From NCBI GenBank assembly GCA_964497265.1, contig CAZCCK010000002.1:20614-84613 (forward strand): a DNA stretch of 64,000 bases, read 5' to 3'. This stretch comes from Candidatus Woesearchaeota archaeon. Its GTDB lineage: Archaea; Nanobdellota; Nanobdellia; SCGC-AAA011-G17; GW2011-AR18. The translations under genes and the position numbers were made by a program. Below are positions 37,125 through 47,151 of this stretch, in pieces. Position 1 is the first letter of the stretch. Each line of letters starts with the position of its first letter. The notes under the pieces were generated by a model. That model had not been told where the DNA came from, did not search any database, and worked only from the letters and a program-made list of their open reading frames with translations.

Positions 37125-38075
37125 TTATTGTCTTTGTGCTCGAAGAAGCCATCCTTCTTTTGTGCTCTTTTTTTTGAAGGAAAGTTTGTGTTTTACAGAG
37201 CCGTATGCGGTAAGGAGTATCCAGCTACTTGTAGCGATAACAACTTTTGGTCCTTTTTTCCACATGTGAGTAAAGGCGTAGAAGAAAAGAGGGATGTAAA
37301 AGTTAAAAGGTGTGATTTTCAAGTGGTATTTAGAATAGAGTTGCTCTCTAGCAAGGGCAGTTCGCGATTTTTGCTTTTTTGCGTCCTTAAAGGTTTGGTA
37401 GGAGTATCCTGCTATGAGTCTAGGTTGTGTTGGATGATCGAGTATTCTTAAGGAGTATCCTTTTTGTAGGATGTCTAAGGATCGTTCAAAGTCGTCTGCA
37501 AGAGTTTCGTTGAAGTTATAGAGTTCTTTTCTGAAAGTGTTACAAAGAAAAGGAAAATTTTTACTGCTTGGATTGACATACAGAATATTTTCTTTTAAGA
37601 TTGAAAAGTTTTTTTTCATGAATTCGAGCCAGAAGTAATTTCCCCAAGCAATAGAAAGAAAAGCAAGATCCTTTGATTGGAGGAGTGTTGGATCATATTC
37701 TACTGGATAAGATTCTGCGATTCCTCCCAGGTTTGGATCCTCAAACCAAGAAACGAAAGTGTGCATGTCTTCTTTAGATTTAGCTCTAAAAATCCAGTCT
37801 GCGTCATGGATGACAATGATTTCTCCTTTGGCGTGAGGAAATATTTTATTGATAACTGCAGGTTTTCCTTTTCTTTCATTAAGTTCAAAGTAGTGAAAGA
37901 TAGTTGGTTGTTTCTTTGCGTATTCTTGAACGATAGGAAGGGTGTTGTCGGAGCATCCATCAAGGCCTAAAAGAACTTCGTAAGAGTCAAAAGGAAGTTT
38001 GGAGAGGTTTTCGAGAGCGCCACGAATAATTTTTTCTTCATTATGTGCAGCCATTAAAAAGCTTATTTTAACCAT
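37125..38075 (-). CDS. GT2 family glycosyltransferase
   Basis: ISFLMAAHNEEKII...DGCSDNT...IHDADW. Confidence 0.7.
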   Translation of the reverse strand: MVKISFLMAAHNEEKIIRGALENLSKLPFDSYEVLLGLDGCSDNTLPIVQEYAKKQPTIFHYFELNERKGKPAVINKIFPHAKGEIIVIHDADWIFRAKSKEDMHTFVSWFEDPNLGGIAESYPVEYDPTLLQSKDLAFLSIAWGNYFWLEFMKKNFSILKENILYVNPSSKNFPFLCNTFRKELYNFNETLADDFERSLDILQKGYSLRILDHPTQPRLIAGYSYQTFKDAKKQKSRTALAREQLYSKYHLKITPFNFYIPLFFYAFTHMWKKGPKVVIATSSWILLTAYGSVKHKLSFKKKSTKEGWLLRAQRQ

Positions 38076-38111
38076 GATAGGAAAGAAAAAGAAGGGGTTT
38101 ATAAGGTTTAT

Positions 38112-38852
38112 TTAAAGGAGTTTATCGTAGATTTTTACTACAAATTTAAAAGGAGAATAAATAAGTCTCAGACGAGTGATTGCTAAGAACATTTCAAAAG
38201 TCGCTTTTTTAATATTGAGCGCTGAGCCTTGAGCATCTTTCCAGACCGTGGGATATTCTTTAAAAGAAAGGTTGCGTCTTTTCATTTGGTAGAGTAAGTC
38301 TACATCAAATGCCCAGCGGGTTATTCCTAAGTGAGGGGTAATGTTTTTTATTGTTTTTTTTGTGAAGAGTTTTGCTCCGCATTGGCTATCATAGATTTGT
38401 AAATTAAAAAGTAGGCGAATAAGCAGATTAAATACTCTTGAAGCGACTCTTCTCTTTAAAGCTTGTTTGGGTTCTACGATTGAGCCTGGAATATACCGAG
38501 AGGCAATAATTCCATCTAAATGACCAATATGTAAGAAGAGTTTTTCAAATTCTTCTGGAGAAGTAGAATTGTCAGCATCTACAAAACCAATGTAATCTCC
38601 TTGGCTGATTTTAAATCCTTCAATAATCGCCCCTCCTTTTCCTATTGCTTCTTTGAAATTTAAAGATTTGAGTTGTTTGTAGGAATGATATTTTTCAACT
38701 TCTTTTGCGGTATTATCTTTGCATCCGTTCATAACAACAATTAGTTCGTAAGAGCTATGATATTTTTTAGTAAAATAAGTTAGGTAAGCATCGAGAGTTT
38801 TGCCTATACGTTTTTCTTCGTTGTATGCTGGAAGGACGATGCTGAGGTTCAT
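38112..38852 (-). CDS. GT2 glycosyltransferase, dolichyl-phosphate hexose synthase-like (DPM1/AglJ-like)
   Basis: LSIVLPAYNEEKRIGKTL...VMNGCKDNT...FVDADNS. Confidence 0.8.
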   Translation of the reverse strand: MNLSIVLPAYNEEKRIGKTLDAYLTYFTKKYHSSYELIVVMNGCKDNTAKEVEKYHSYKQLKSLNFKEAIGKGGAIIEGFKISQGDYIGFVDADNSTSPEEFEKLFLHIGHLDGIIASRYIPGSIVEPKQALKRRVASRVFNLLIRLLFNLQIYDSQCGAKLFTKKTIKNITPHLGITRWAFDVDLLYQMKRRNLSFKEYPTVWKDAQGSALNIKKATFEMFLAITRLRLIYSPFKFVVKIYDKLL

Positions 38853-40087
38853 TTTTTTCTCGTATAGGCAAAGAGGACAATAAAGAGAAGGGTCATAAGA
38901 GCAGTGAGGGTCTTAACGATTTGAGCTAGATTAGTATGGAAAAGGATGAGAAGAACAACTTCTAGGATAAGGAAGAAGGCGCAAATGATTAAAAGGCCTT
39001 TAGATCGATTTATAGAAAGATTGTAAAGAGCAAGGAGGTAAGAGAGAGAGTAGAAGCTCATCATGATTCCCATCCAACCTACAAGGGGGATGATAGGATA
39101 ATATTGTTTTCCAAAGAGAAGTCGGACAATCAGCTGAGGAAGGAAGAAATAAGCTAATGTTGCAACGATTGCGCCAAGAACCATCAGACCTAGAGATTTG
39201 TAAAGAAGGTGTTTGTTTTCTTTGTTAAGAGCGTGCATTTCAGCGACTTTGGGGAACATGACATTTCCTAAAGAGAAAGTTGCGAAAAAGATCATTTTTC
39301 CAATAAGGGAGAGCGCTGCGTAAAATCCTGCTTCTTGTTCTGAAAGAAAATGTTTAACAAGTAAAACATCAAAGGTGTAATAACTTGTGAGAAAAAGCAT
39401 GATTAAAAAGACAGGGAAGGCATAGGTAAAGATTTGTTTGCTTGAAATTTTTTCATTATTTGAAGAAAGATATTTTTTAAGAGGTTTGTAACTAAAGAAA
39501 AAAGAAAAGGCGTAAGAGGCGACAATACCTAGAATTGCTCCCCTAATGCCAAATCCAAGAAAGATAAGGGTAACCCCGATGAGAAGTTTGCTTATTCCTT
39601 CAAGAACCAAGTTTATTCCTAAGCTCGGAAATTTTTGAAGACCTTGTAAGATTCCTCGCGGAATAGGAAGGAGAAGTGAGAAAAGAAGAAGTGGGGAGAA
39701 AAAATAAAGTGCTTCTTTTGGTATTTTAAAGAAGCTGGCGATCCATCCTTGAGTAATAAAAAAGAGGATAGTAATTATAATTCCAGCAATAAAAAGTTGT
39801 TTTAAGCTTCTCCGAAGAAGAGGATTAACTTTTTGTTCTTGTTGTTCTGCTTTGTATTGACTAGAAAATTTAGCAAGACTTGTTTGAATGACATTGACTG
39901 GAACGTTTACTAAATAAAGCAAGGATAGGATTGCTCCTAAAATCCCATAGTTAACTGGTCCAAGAAGTCTTCCGGCAGAGAAATGATAAAAATAACCGAG
40001 GACATTCGCAGCCATAGTCGCGATAAATAAGATAAAGCCATCTCGGATAAGACTATCTTCTTTGTTGAATTTTAATTTTTCAAGCAT
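38849..40087 (-). CDS. MOP-superfamily polysaccharide/oligosaccharide flippase (Wzx-like), second copy
   Basis: About 12 TM helices. ATGA overlap with the downstream GT2. Confidence 0.65.
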   Translation of the reverse strand: MLEKLKFNKEDSLIRDGFILFIATMAANVLGYFYHFSAGRLLGPVNYGILGAILSLLYLVNVPVNVIQTSLAKFSSQYKAEQQEQKVNPLLRRSLKQLFIAGIIITILFFITQGWIASFFKIPKEALYFFSPLLLFSLLLPIPRGILQGLQKFPSLGINLVLEGISKLLIGVTLIFLGFGIRGAILGIVASYAFSFFFSYKPLKKYLSSNNEKISSKQIFTYAFPVFLIMLFLTSYYTFDVLLVKHFLSEQEAGFYAALSLIGKMIFFATFSLGNVMFPKVAEMHALNKENKHLLYKSLGLMVLGAIVATLAYFFLPQLIVRLLFGKQYYPIIPLVGWMGIMMSFYSLSYLLALYNLSINRSKGLLIICAFFLILEVVLLILFHTNLAQIVKTLTALMTLLFIVLFAYTRKK

Positions 40088-40088
40088 G

Positions 40089-41105
40089 TTAGACGATCCA
40101 GATGAGAATGCTAAAAAAGAGAGAGATAAGAATCATAAAGAAGGTAATTTGTTTTTCTGTGAATTTTCCTGTTCTGGTAAAAAGGTGAGGGAGAGAATAG
40201 ATTTCTCGATTATGACGAGAGTGAATTTTTCCGTCTTTCCAGTAGCCGTAGGTTTGGGCTTTGAATTTGCTTCTTGCTTTTAGCAAGAATTCTAGAAAGA
40301 AGGGTGTTGAAAGAATGAGTGCTGCTCGTTCTACATTTCCTACGATTGCGATAACAGCTAATGTTCCTCCGACTAGATAAGTTAGGGAATCTCCTGCGAG
40401 GATTTTTGCGGGAGTTTTGTTAAAAAGGTAAAAGGCCAAGAGTGCGAAGACGGTAACAAGGGCTATCAAAGCTGCCAGAGCGCCTCCATTTTTGTAGGCG
40501 AAGAGCCCTAAGCTTGTTAAAGTGACAATTCCAACTCCTGTCTCTAGTCCGTTAAATCCTGCGAGCATATTGACCATGTTCGCTGCGCCTACAAGTCCGA
40601 GTGGAACAAAGACGAGAGGATAGAGTATTCCAAAGTTGATTACTCCAATGAAAGGAAGGCCCATATCGGTATTTCCTACGCTTACAACCATTAAAGGTAT
40701 TGCTGCGGTTAAGGTAAGAAGAGGTTTTTGCCATTGTTTAAGTCCTGATGAACTTTCTTTGTTTTCTAAAACAAGATCGTCTAAAAATCCTACAAAGGTG
40801 ATTATGAAAAGAGAGATCATAGACGCAAACAGAAACAGAAGGTTTTGTGAATCGAGAGTAATGCCAAATGTAATGCGAGGAAAGAAGGTTCGAATAAAGA
40901 TAAAGAGGAAAAGTCCAGAAAGCATTCCTACCAGAGCAGGTATTCCTCCTGAGAAAGCGACAAGAGGAGTATTTTCTTTGTTTTGATCTTTGACTTCTAG
41001 ATGAATTTTTTTAAGATAGCGGATCCACCAAGGAGTAAGAGAGAATACTACAAAGAAGCTTAAGAAGGCGGGAAAGAGTAAGGAAATGACCATAGGAGGG
41101 TTCAA
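40089..41105 (-). CDS. Polyprenyl-phosphate GlcNAc-1-phosphate transferase (MraY/WecA/ALG7 family; AglH-like initiating enzyme)
   Basis: 10-11 TM helices. Family signature NMVNMLAGFNGLETG (N-x-x-N-x-x-D/A-G-x-x-G-L). DDxxE-like loop (LDDLVLE). Confidence 0.8.
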   Translation of the reverse strand: MNPPMVISLLFPAFLSFFVVFSLTPWWIRYLKKIHLEVKDQNKENTPLVAFSGGIPALVGMLSGLFLFIFIRTFFPRITFGITLDSQNLLFLFASMISLFIITFVGFLDDLVLENKESSSGLKQWQKPLLTLTAAIPLMVVSVGNTDMGLPFIGVINFGILYPLVFVPLGLVGAANMVNMLAGFNGLETGVGIVTLTSLGLFAYKNGGALAALIALVTVFALLAFYLFNKTPAKILAGDSLTYLVGGTLAVIAIVGNVERAALILSTPFFLEFLLKARSKFKAQTYGYWKDGKIHSRHNREIYSLPHLFTRTGKFTEKQITFFMILISLFFSILIWIV

Positions 41106-41128
41106 AGGGGTATTTTATAAAAAGGTTT

Positions 41129-42280
41129 CTAAACCGCTATTTGGGCGCTCCAGTCGTAGGTTGTTGAGAATTGGAGATAAAAGAAGATTACTGTAATCCA
41201 GGCTATAAAAAGAAGAGCAAGGAGGATAAGTCGGAGAGGTTTGGATTTGAGAGAGAAGATGCCTTTCATAAGAAGAAGAACATAGATTGGAACAAGATAA
41301 GAAAAATAACGGAAGTAGTAAAGAGAATAGTGATCTGTAGTAAAATGTTCTATTAAGGGGTTAAGGAGCAATAAAAGCAAAGGAGGTCCCAAGAGGCTTA
41401 AACTACTAAAAATGCCAAGGTGGAAATTTTCTTTAAAGAGTTTAAAAATACCATAAACAACGAAGAATGAAAGAAGGGGAAAGAGGATAAAAAGATAATT
41501 AAAATGTGTTTGTAAGTAATGAAGGTTGATCATTAAAGCGAATTTGTAAAAGGGATAGGGTATCTCTTGAAGTTGAAGCGGATAAAGTTTTATGTGACCC
41601 GGTTGGACAACTGCGCGGTTAAATTGTTTAAGAAAGAAAGGGATCCAAAGGAGTAAAGGTACAACAAAGAAAAGGCTTTGGAAAAGATAGCTTTTTTTAA
41701 AGGAAATTCTTTTCGTGTAAAGAAAGTAAAAGAAAATAAAAAAGTGCGTTGCGATTAAAAAAAGAGAAAAGAAATTAACGTAAAAAAGAACAGCGTAAGA
41801 AAAGAAGAGTAATCCTAAGATTTTTTCTTTTTTTTCAAATAAAAATAAGTAAAGCAAGTAAGTGCTTATCAAAAAAATGAGGGTAAGAAGTGCGTAATTA
41901 CGTAAGTGTCTTGAATAGATAAAAAACAAAGGATTAAGTGAAAGAAAAAGTGTGGCAAGTAAAGCTTTTTCTTCAGAGAAGAATTTTTTAGAGAGAAAGT
42001 AGAAGAGTACCAAACTTAAAAGAGAGATAAAGATAGTGCAAAGTCTTAAAAAAGTAATTGAAGAAGAAACGCGTTGGAGAAATGCGATAAAAAAATAGTA
42101 TCCAGGAGGACTTGGATCAAGAGAGACATTATGATAATCTCCGTGATTAATTTCATGGCCAAAGCTTAAGGTAAAGTCTTCGTCTGTAGCAAATTGCATG
42201 TCGCTAACATGAGGAAGATGAAGAAGAAAACTTAAGGAGAGGAGGATAATTAAAAGGGAATATTCTAATTTTTTATTCAT
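41129..42280 (-). CDS. Polytopic membrane protein (possible GT-C / glycan polymerase-like), function unknown
   Basis: About 10 hydrophobic helices. Lies between aglH-like and a SPASM rSAM gene. No diagnostic motif. Confidence 0.4.
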   Translation of the reverse strand: MNKKLEYSLLIILLSLSFLLHLPHVSDMQFATDEDFTLSFGHEINHGDYHNVSLDPSPPGYYFFIAFLQRVSSSITFLRLCTIFISLLSLVLFYFLSKKFFSEEKALLATLFLSLNPLFFIYSRHLRNYALLTLIFLISTYLLYLFLFEKKEKILGLLFFSYAVLFYVNFFSLFLIATHFFIFFYFLYTKRISFKKSYLFQSLFFVVPLLLWIPFFLKQFNRAVVQPGHIKLYPLQLQEIPYPFYKFALMINLHYLQTHFNYLFILFPLLSFFVVYGIFKLFKENFHLGIFSSLSLLGPPLLLLLLNPLIEHFTTDHYSLYYFRYFSYLVPIYVLLLMKGIFSLKSKPLRLILLALLFIAWITVIFFYLQFSTTYDWSAQIAV

Positions 42281-42340
42281 GAAAAAGGAGTTTCAAAAAA
42301 GCTTATAAAAGGTTGTTTTTTAAGGCGTTTTTCATAGGTA

Positions 42341-43420
42341 ATGCATAACTATAAAAAGGTTGAGCCTTTTCTGCATTTTAAGAGAAGCATGGACGCGCTA
42401 GCTTATCCTAAATTTGCGAAAAAAATCGGGTTGACTCGTTTGGCAAGAGATTGGAATACAACAATTCCGTTGCCGTGGAAATTATTAGTTGAGATTACAA
42501 AAGTTTGTAATAATAAGTGCGTGAATTGTTCGATTTGGTCTTCTCCAAATAAGCAGTTTTTATCTTTAGCAGATTATGAAAAACTATTCAAAGAGAATGA
42601 GAATTTATTTTGGCTTTCTTTAACAGGTGGTGAACCTTTTACAAGACCAGATATTGATAAAATTGCAAAGTTAGCAGTAGATAATTGTCCCGATGTAAAA
42701 TTATTGTCTATTCCTACAAACGGTTTTTGGGTTGAAAAAATTGTTGAAAAAACAAAAGCCTTGATGAATACAGGGTTAGAGTGCCACATCACAATTTCGT
42801 TGGATGGTCCTGAAGGGATTCATAATCAAATTAGAGGAATGAAAGATGGGTGGCAACGAGCAGTTAGGACATTTCACGCGTTAAAAGATTTAGGGGTAGA
42901 TGTTCGTTATCAGTCCACATTACACGCTCAGAATATGGATGTTTTCAAAGAGTTTTACACCCGGTATGCGAAAGATATTGGCGTGTTAACGTTTACTCAA
43001 ACTTCAGAAGTGTATTATGAAAATAGTGATATAAAAGCGTTGCAAGGTGAGGAAGCGGCTAAGATGTTTGATTGGCTTTCTGAAAATTTTCAGATTAGGG
43101 AAAAGCACGATCATTTTGAGAAGATGCATCTTAAGATTGCTTCAAAGTATTTAAGAAAAAAGGATATGATGATTCCGTGTACTGCCGGTTTTTCTGGCGC
43201 GTATATTGCTACTGATGGAAATGTGTATCCTTGTTTTTCAATGCCTTCTTGGGGGAATATAAAAGAGAAGTCTTTCAAAGATATTTGGTATAGTGAGATG
43301 GCTGCTAAAGAAAGAGGCAAGATTAAAGCAAAGCAATGTCCAAAGTGTTGGATTAATTGTTTCTCGTTCCAAGACATGGTGACGTATCCTGAGAAAGCGA
43401 TTGCTAAAGCGTATTTGTAG
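42341..43420 (+). CDS. Radical SAM / SPASM-domain protein, third paralog
   Basis: KVCNNKCVNCSIW (CxxxCxxC). LTGGEPFTR and SLDGPEGIHNQIRG motifs. C-terminal Cys cluster (CTAG...YPCFS...CPKCWINC). Clearly homologous to 16626..17891 and 22118..23293. Confidence 0.8.
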   Translation: MHNYKKVEPFLHFKRSMDALAYPKFAKKIGLTRLARDWNTTIPLPWKLLVEITKVCNNKCVNCSIWSSPNKQFLSLADYEKLFKENENLFWLSLTGGEPFTRPDIDKIAKLAVDNCPDVKLLSIPTNGFWVEKIVEKTKALMNTGLECHITISLDGPEGIHNQIRGMKDGWQRAVRTFHALKDLGVDVRYQSTLHAQNMDVFKEFYTRYAKDIGVLTFTQTSEVYYENSDIKALQGEEAAKMFDWLSENFQIREKHDHFEKMHLKIASKYLRKKDMMIPCTAGFSGAYIATDGNVYPCFSMPSWGNIKEKSFKDIWYSEMAAKERGKIKAKQCPKCWINCFSFQDMVTYPEKAIAKAYL

Positions 43421-43449
43421 ATAAAGGGGGTTCTAGGAAAAGTAGGGGT

Positions 43450-44175
43450 TTAATTTATATGGTTAAAGTCCTTTTTTTCTTTCCAGAGTTTGTAGAGGCT
43501 TTTGAGCATAGAGAGTGTTGCTTTAATAGGTCTAACTTTGCTTTGTCTATTTGGAATATCAATAATTTTAGCAGGTATTTCTTTAACACTTAATCCTAAC
43601 CATTGACTTTTAAGTAAAACTTCTGTGTCCCACGCCCATCCTGTTTCGTGGATAAAGGGAAGAAAGCGTTGTACTGCAAAATGTCTGAATGCTTTAAAGC
43701 CGCATTGATAGTCATGAATATGAGAGTCTAAGAAAATTCTGGTAAGAAGAGAATATCCTTTACTTAAAATCCTGCGTGAAAAAGAATAGGTAACATCCGC
43801 ATTTGGAAGATGCTTTGATGCGATTGCAATGTCGTATGTAGTGAGTGCTTCAATAAGTTTTGGAAAAAGTTCTAGGTCTATAGCTAAGTCTGCATCTAGA
43901 ATAACGACAATTGTTCCTTTTGCTTGTTTAAGTCCGTTTGTTAACGCTGCTCCTTTTCCTAGATTTTGAGGATGTGTAATCAGATGAAGTTCTTTGTAAA
44001 TATTTATCTTTTCTTTTACAATAATTTCTGTTTTATCCCAAGAGCCATCATTTACAAGGAGGATTTCAAAAGGTTTGTGTTGGTTAAGAAGATAAGAGTA
44101 GACTCTGTCAAGAGTAGAAGAAATTATTTTTTCTTCATTATATGCAGGAATAATTAAAGAGTAAGTAAGGGCCAT
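43450..44175 (-). CDS. GT2 glycosyltransferase, DPM1-like
   Basis: YSLIIPAYNEEKII...LVNDGSWDKT...LDADL. Confidence 0.8.
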   Translation of the reverse strand: MALTYSLIIPAYNEEKIISSTLDRVYSYLLNQHKPFEILLVNDGSWDKTEIIVKEKINIYKELHLITHPQNLGKGAALTNGLKQAKGTIVVILDADLAIDLELFPKLIEALTTYDIAIASKHLPNADVTYSFSRRILSKGYSLLTRIFLDSHIHDYQCGFKAFRHFAVQRFLPFIHETGWAWDTEVLLKSQWLGLSVKEIPAKIIDIPNRQSKVRPIKATLSMLKSLYKLWKEKKDFNHIN

Positions 44176-44206
44176 AAAAAGGAGGTTAGAAAGATTCTTA
44201 TAAATG

Positions 44207-45226
44207 TTACTTTAAGGAGGAAGGAGAAGAGTTTATTTTTTCTTGGATCTGATTCAAGATTTTTACAACGCGATATCCATTCATACCATCCGTAAGAAGA
44301 GGAACTCGACCTTCTAAAGCATCTACAAAGTGAGAAAGTTCTACATAGAGGGGTTCTGCTCCTTCAACAGGAAGACTGGTGATTGGACCGTTTCTATAAG
44401 CAGCTTGAAAGCCTGCAAAAGAGTCATAAGAAGATTCTACTCCTCTAGAATAAACGCGAAGGGGTTCCTTAGAGGTATCATCAAAAATAATCATTTTTTT
44501 ACTCCCTATGACGCTTACTTCTCTTACTTTTTGTGGATCAATCCAAGAAACATCTAAGTAAGCAGAGACGTTATTTGGGAAACGAAGTCTTGCTCTAGCC
44601 GTATCTTGGATACCATTATTCGTAGGATAGTGTTTATCTGCTTCTGCACTGACAAAAATAGGCATTTGATCATTTAGGAGGTAGAGTAAAATTGAAATAT
44701 CATGGGGCATTAAGTCCCAGACAACATTTACGTCTTTTTGGAAAAGACCTAAGTTTAAGCGTCTGGTAGAGATATGTAATATGTCTCCAATTTCTCCAGA
44801 GTCGATAAGGCTTTTCATTTGATGGACGGCAGGATTGTAAAGAAAGGTGTGACCGACACAGAGTTGAAGGTTAGAGTTCTTAGCCAGAGAAACTAAGTCT
44901 TGAGCGTCCTCTTCTCGTAAGGTAAGAGGTTTTTCAACGAAAACATGTTTCCCAGCATCTAATGCTTTCTTTGCTAAAGGATAATGAGTTGCTACTGGTG
45001 TTGCAAAGACGATTGCGTCTACTTCTGGATTTGAAAGTAAGTCTTCAAGGTTAGTAAGTTTTTGTGTAGAAGGAGGAAGGTTTTTTACTTTTTTTGCGCC
45101 AGTTTCTAAACGTTTGGGATCGCTGTCACAAAGAGCATAGAGATTCGCGTTCGGAAGGTTTGCTATGTTTCGAGCTAGATTTGGACCCCAATATCCTAAT
45201 CCCACAACAGCAAGGTTTTTCATCAA
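44207..45226 (-). CDS. Gfo/Idh/MocA family oxidoreductase (UDP-sugar 3-dehydrogenase-like, WbpB/WlbA type)
   Basis: MMKNLAVVGLGYWGPNLARN (Rossmann). VFVEKPL. Confidence 0.8.
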   Translation of the reverse strand: MMKNLAVVGLGYWGPNLARNIANLPNANLYALCDSDPKRLETGAKKVKNLPPSTQKLTNLEDLLSNPEVDAIVFATPVATHYPLAKKALDAGKHVFVEKPLTLREEDAQDLVSLAKNSNLQLCVGHTFLYNPAVHQMKSLIDSGEIGDILHISTRRLNLGLFQKDVNVVWDLMPHDISILLYLLNDQMPIFVSAEADKHYPTNNGIQDTARARLRFPNNVSAYLDVSWIDPQKVREVSVIGSKKMIIFDDTSKEPLRVYSRGVESSYDSFAGFQAAYRNGPITSLPVEGAEPLYVELSHFVDALEGRVPLLTDGMNGYRVVKILNQIQEKINSSPSSLK

Positions 45227-45337
45227 AAAAGGAGTTTTTATAGTGTTTAAAAGGCTTGCGATAAAATCTTTAAAAAGTCTTATAAAGTAGTGGAAATTGT
45301 CAGATTTTAGATTCTTGATTAAAAAAGTAAAGAAAAA

Positions 45338-46450
45338 ATGAAAGCATTAGTTACTGGCGGAGCTGGATTGATTGGTTCTCATATTGTAGATCAGCTTCTT
45401 GCTAAAGGGTATTCTGTGAAAGTTATTGATAATCTAGAACAAGAAACGCATCAAAAAGGAAAGCCAGAGTGGATTCCTAAAGAAGTGGAATTTATTCATG
45501 GAAATACTGCAGATCCTGTTGCTATGCTTAAAGCGATGGACGGTGTTGATGTGATCTTTCATCAGGCAGCTTATGGTGGTTTTGCGCTAGATCAGAATAA
45601 GTATGTTCATTCAAATACGTTAGGGACAACAAATATGTTTTCTTTGATTAAGCAACATAAGTTGCCGATTAAAAAAGTAGTGTATGCTTCTTCTCAAGCG
45701 GTGTATGGTGAGGGAAAGTATTATTGTTCTGAGCATGGTGTTCAAGAGCCACATTTTAGAGGTCAAGAGCAAAGTCAAGCGGGAAGGTGGGAAATGGAAT
45801 GTGCTCAATGTGGTCATCCAATGATTCCATTGCCGACAGATGAAAACAAGAAACTTTGTCTTGACACTATGTATGCTATTACAAAGTATAGTCAAGAATT
45901 AGTTGCAAAAGCGATGGGAAAATCATTAGGTATTCCTACGGTAGGTTTAAGATATTCTATTACGTATGGTCCTCGTCAGTCGTTGTATAATCCCTATACT
46001 GGAATTTGTTCTATTTTTTCAACAATGATTCTCAATGATATTGCTCCAACAGTATATGAAGATGGAAGGCAAACGAGGGATTTTGTTTTTGTTGAGGATG
46101 TGGCGAAAGCAAATATAGTGGTAATGGAGAATGATAAAGCGAATAATGAAGTGTTTAATGTTGGTACAGGAAAGCAAACAAGTGTAATTGATTTTGTTAG
46201 GCATTTATCTGATGCGTATGGAAAAGAAGCGAAGTATAATTTTACTCAAGAGTTTCGTCCTTGTGATGTCAGGCATTTATATTCCGATAATAGGAAACTT
46301 GCAAAGTTAGGATTTAAACCTCAAGTAAGTCTTCAAGAAGGCATTAAAAAGTACGCAAATTGGATTAAAACCCAAGGACAGATAGAGGAGTATTTTAGTA
46401 AGTATAAGGAAAAGATGTTGCAGATGGGGATTGTTAAAAAGAAACAATGA
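45338..46450 (+). CDS. NAD-dependent nucleotide-sugar epimerase/dehydratase (extended SDR) with a Cys/His-rich insertion
   Basis: MKALVTGGAGLIGSHIV (GxxGxxG). Catalytic YAITK. About 35-aa insertion CSEHG...WEMECAQCGH between the catalytic Ser region and YxxxK. Confidence 0.8.
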   Translation: MKALVTGGAGLIGSHIVDQLLAKGYSVKVIDNLEQETHQKGKPEWIPKEVEFIHGNTADPVAMLKAMDGVDVIFHQAAYGGFALDQNKYVHSNTLGTTNMFSLIKQHKLPIKKVVYASSQAVYGEGKYYCSEHGVQEPHFRGQEQSQAGRWEMECAQCGHPMIPLPTDENKKLCLDTMYAITKYSQELVAKAMGKSLGIPTVGLRYSITYGPRQSLYNPYTGICSIFSTMILNDIAPTVYEDGRQTRDFVFVEDVAKANIVVMENDKANNEVFNVGTGKQTSVIDFVRHLSDAYGKEAKYNFTQEFRPCDVRHLYSDNRKLAKLGFKPQVSLQEGIKKYANWIKTQGQIEEYFSKYKEKMLQMGIVKKKQ

Positions 46451-47151
46451 ACGATTTTACTCTCTCGGTTGTTGCGCCAGCGTATAATGAAGAGAAGAAT
46501 CTGCAAAAGTTTTTAGAAGAAACAACAAAGTTCTTAGAAGCGCATACGAAGGATTATGAATTATTATTGATTAATGATGGAAGTAAGGATAATACTCTTA
46601 AGATTGCTAAAGAATTTGCTAAAAGCCATAAGAAAGTGAAAGTGATTGACAATGAGGTGAATCTTGGTTTCGGAGGTACAGAAAGAAAGGGTTTAGGAAT
46701 GGCTTCTATGGAGCTAGTTACATTGATTCCTTCAGATAATCAGTTTTATCTTCCAGATTTACCTCGTTATTTTGAAGCGATGAAGAACGCAGACATTGTC
46801 GTAGGATGGAGAATTAAAAGGCAGGATCCGTTGATGAGAAGGGTTGTTGCGAAGATCTATAGCTTAACGATCGCTATTCTATTTGGAACAACTTGGTTTG
46901 GAGATATTGATTGGGTTAAGATGTATCGAAGAGAAGTATTTGATAAAGTTAAAATAACGACAACGAGTGCCTTTGTTGACGCTGAAATTTTAATCCAAGC
47001 GCATCAGAATAAGTTTAGGATTAGAGAGCTTCCGGTGACCCATCTTCCGCGAGTTGAGGGAAAAGCTACTGGTGCAGGTTTAAAAGTTTTAAAAAGAGTT
47101 TTGCCTGAAGTATTTTCTTATTGGACAAAGCATCTAAGAAAGAAGCTATGA
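46447..47151 (+). CDS. GT2 glycosyltransferase, DPM1-like
   Basis: LSVVAPAYNEEKNL...LINDGSKDNT. ATGA overlap. Confidence 0.8.
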   Translation: MNDFTLSVVAPAYNEEKNLQKFLEETTKFLEAHTKDYELLLINDGSKDNTLKIAKEFAKSHKKVKVIDNEVNLGFGGTERKGLGMASMELVTLIPSDNQFYLPDLPRYFEAMKNADIVVGWRIKRQDPLMRRVVAKIYSLTIAILFGTTWFGDIDWVKMYRREVFDKVKITTTSAFVDAEILIQAHQNKFRIRELPVTHLPRVEGKATGAGLKVLKRVLPEVFSYWTKHLRKKL

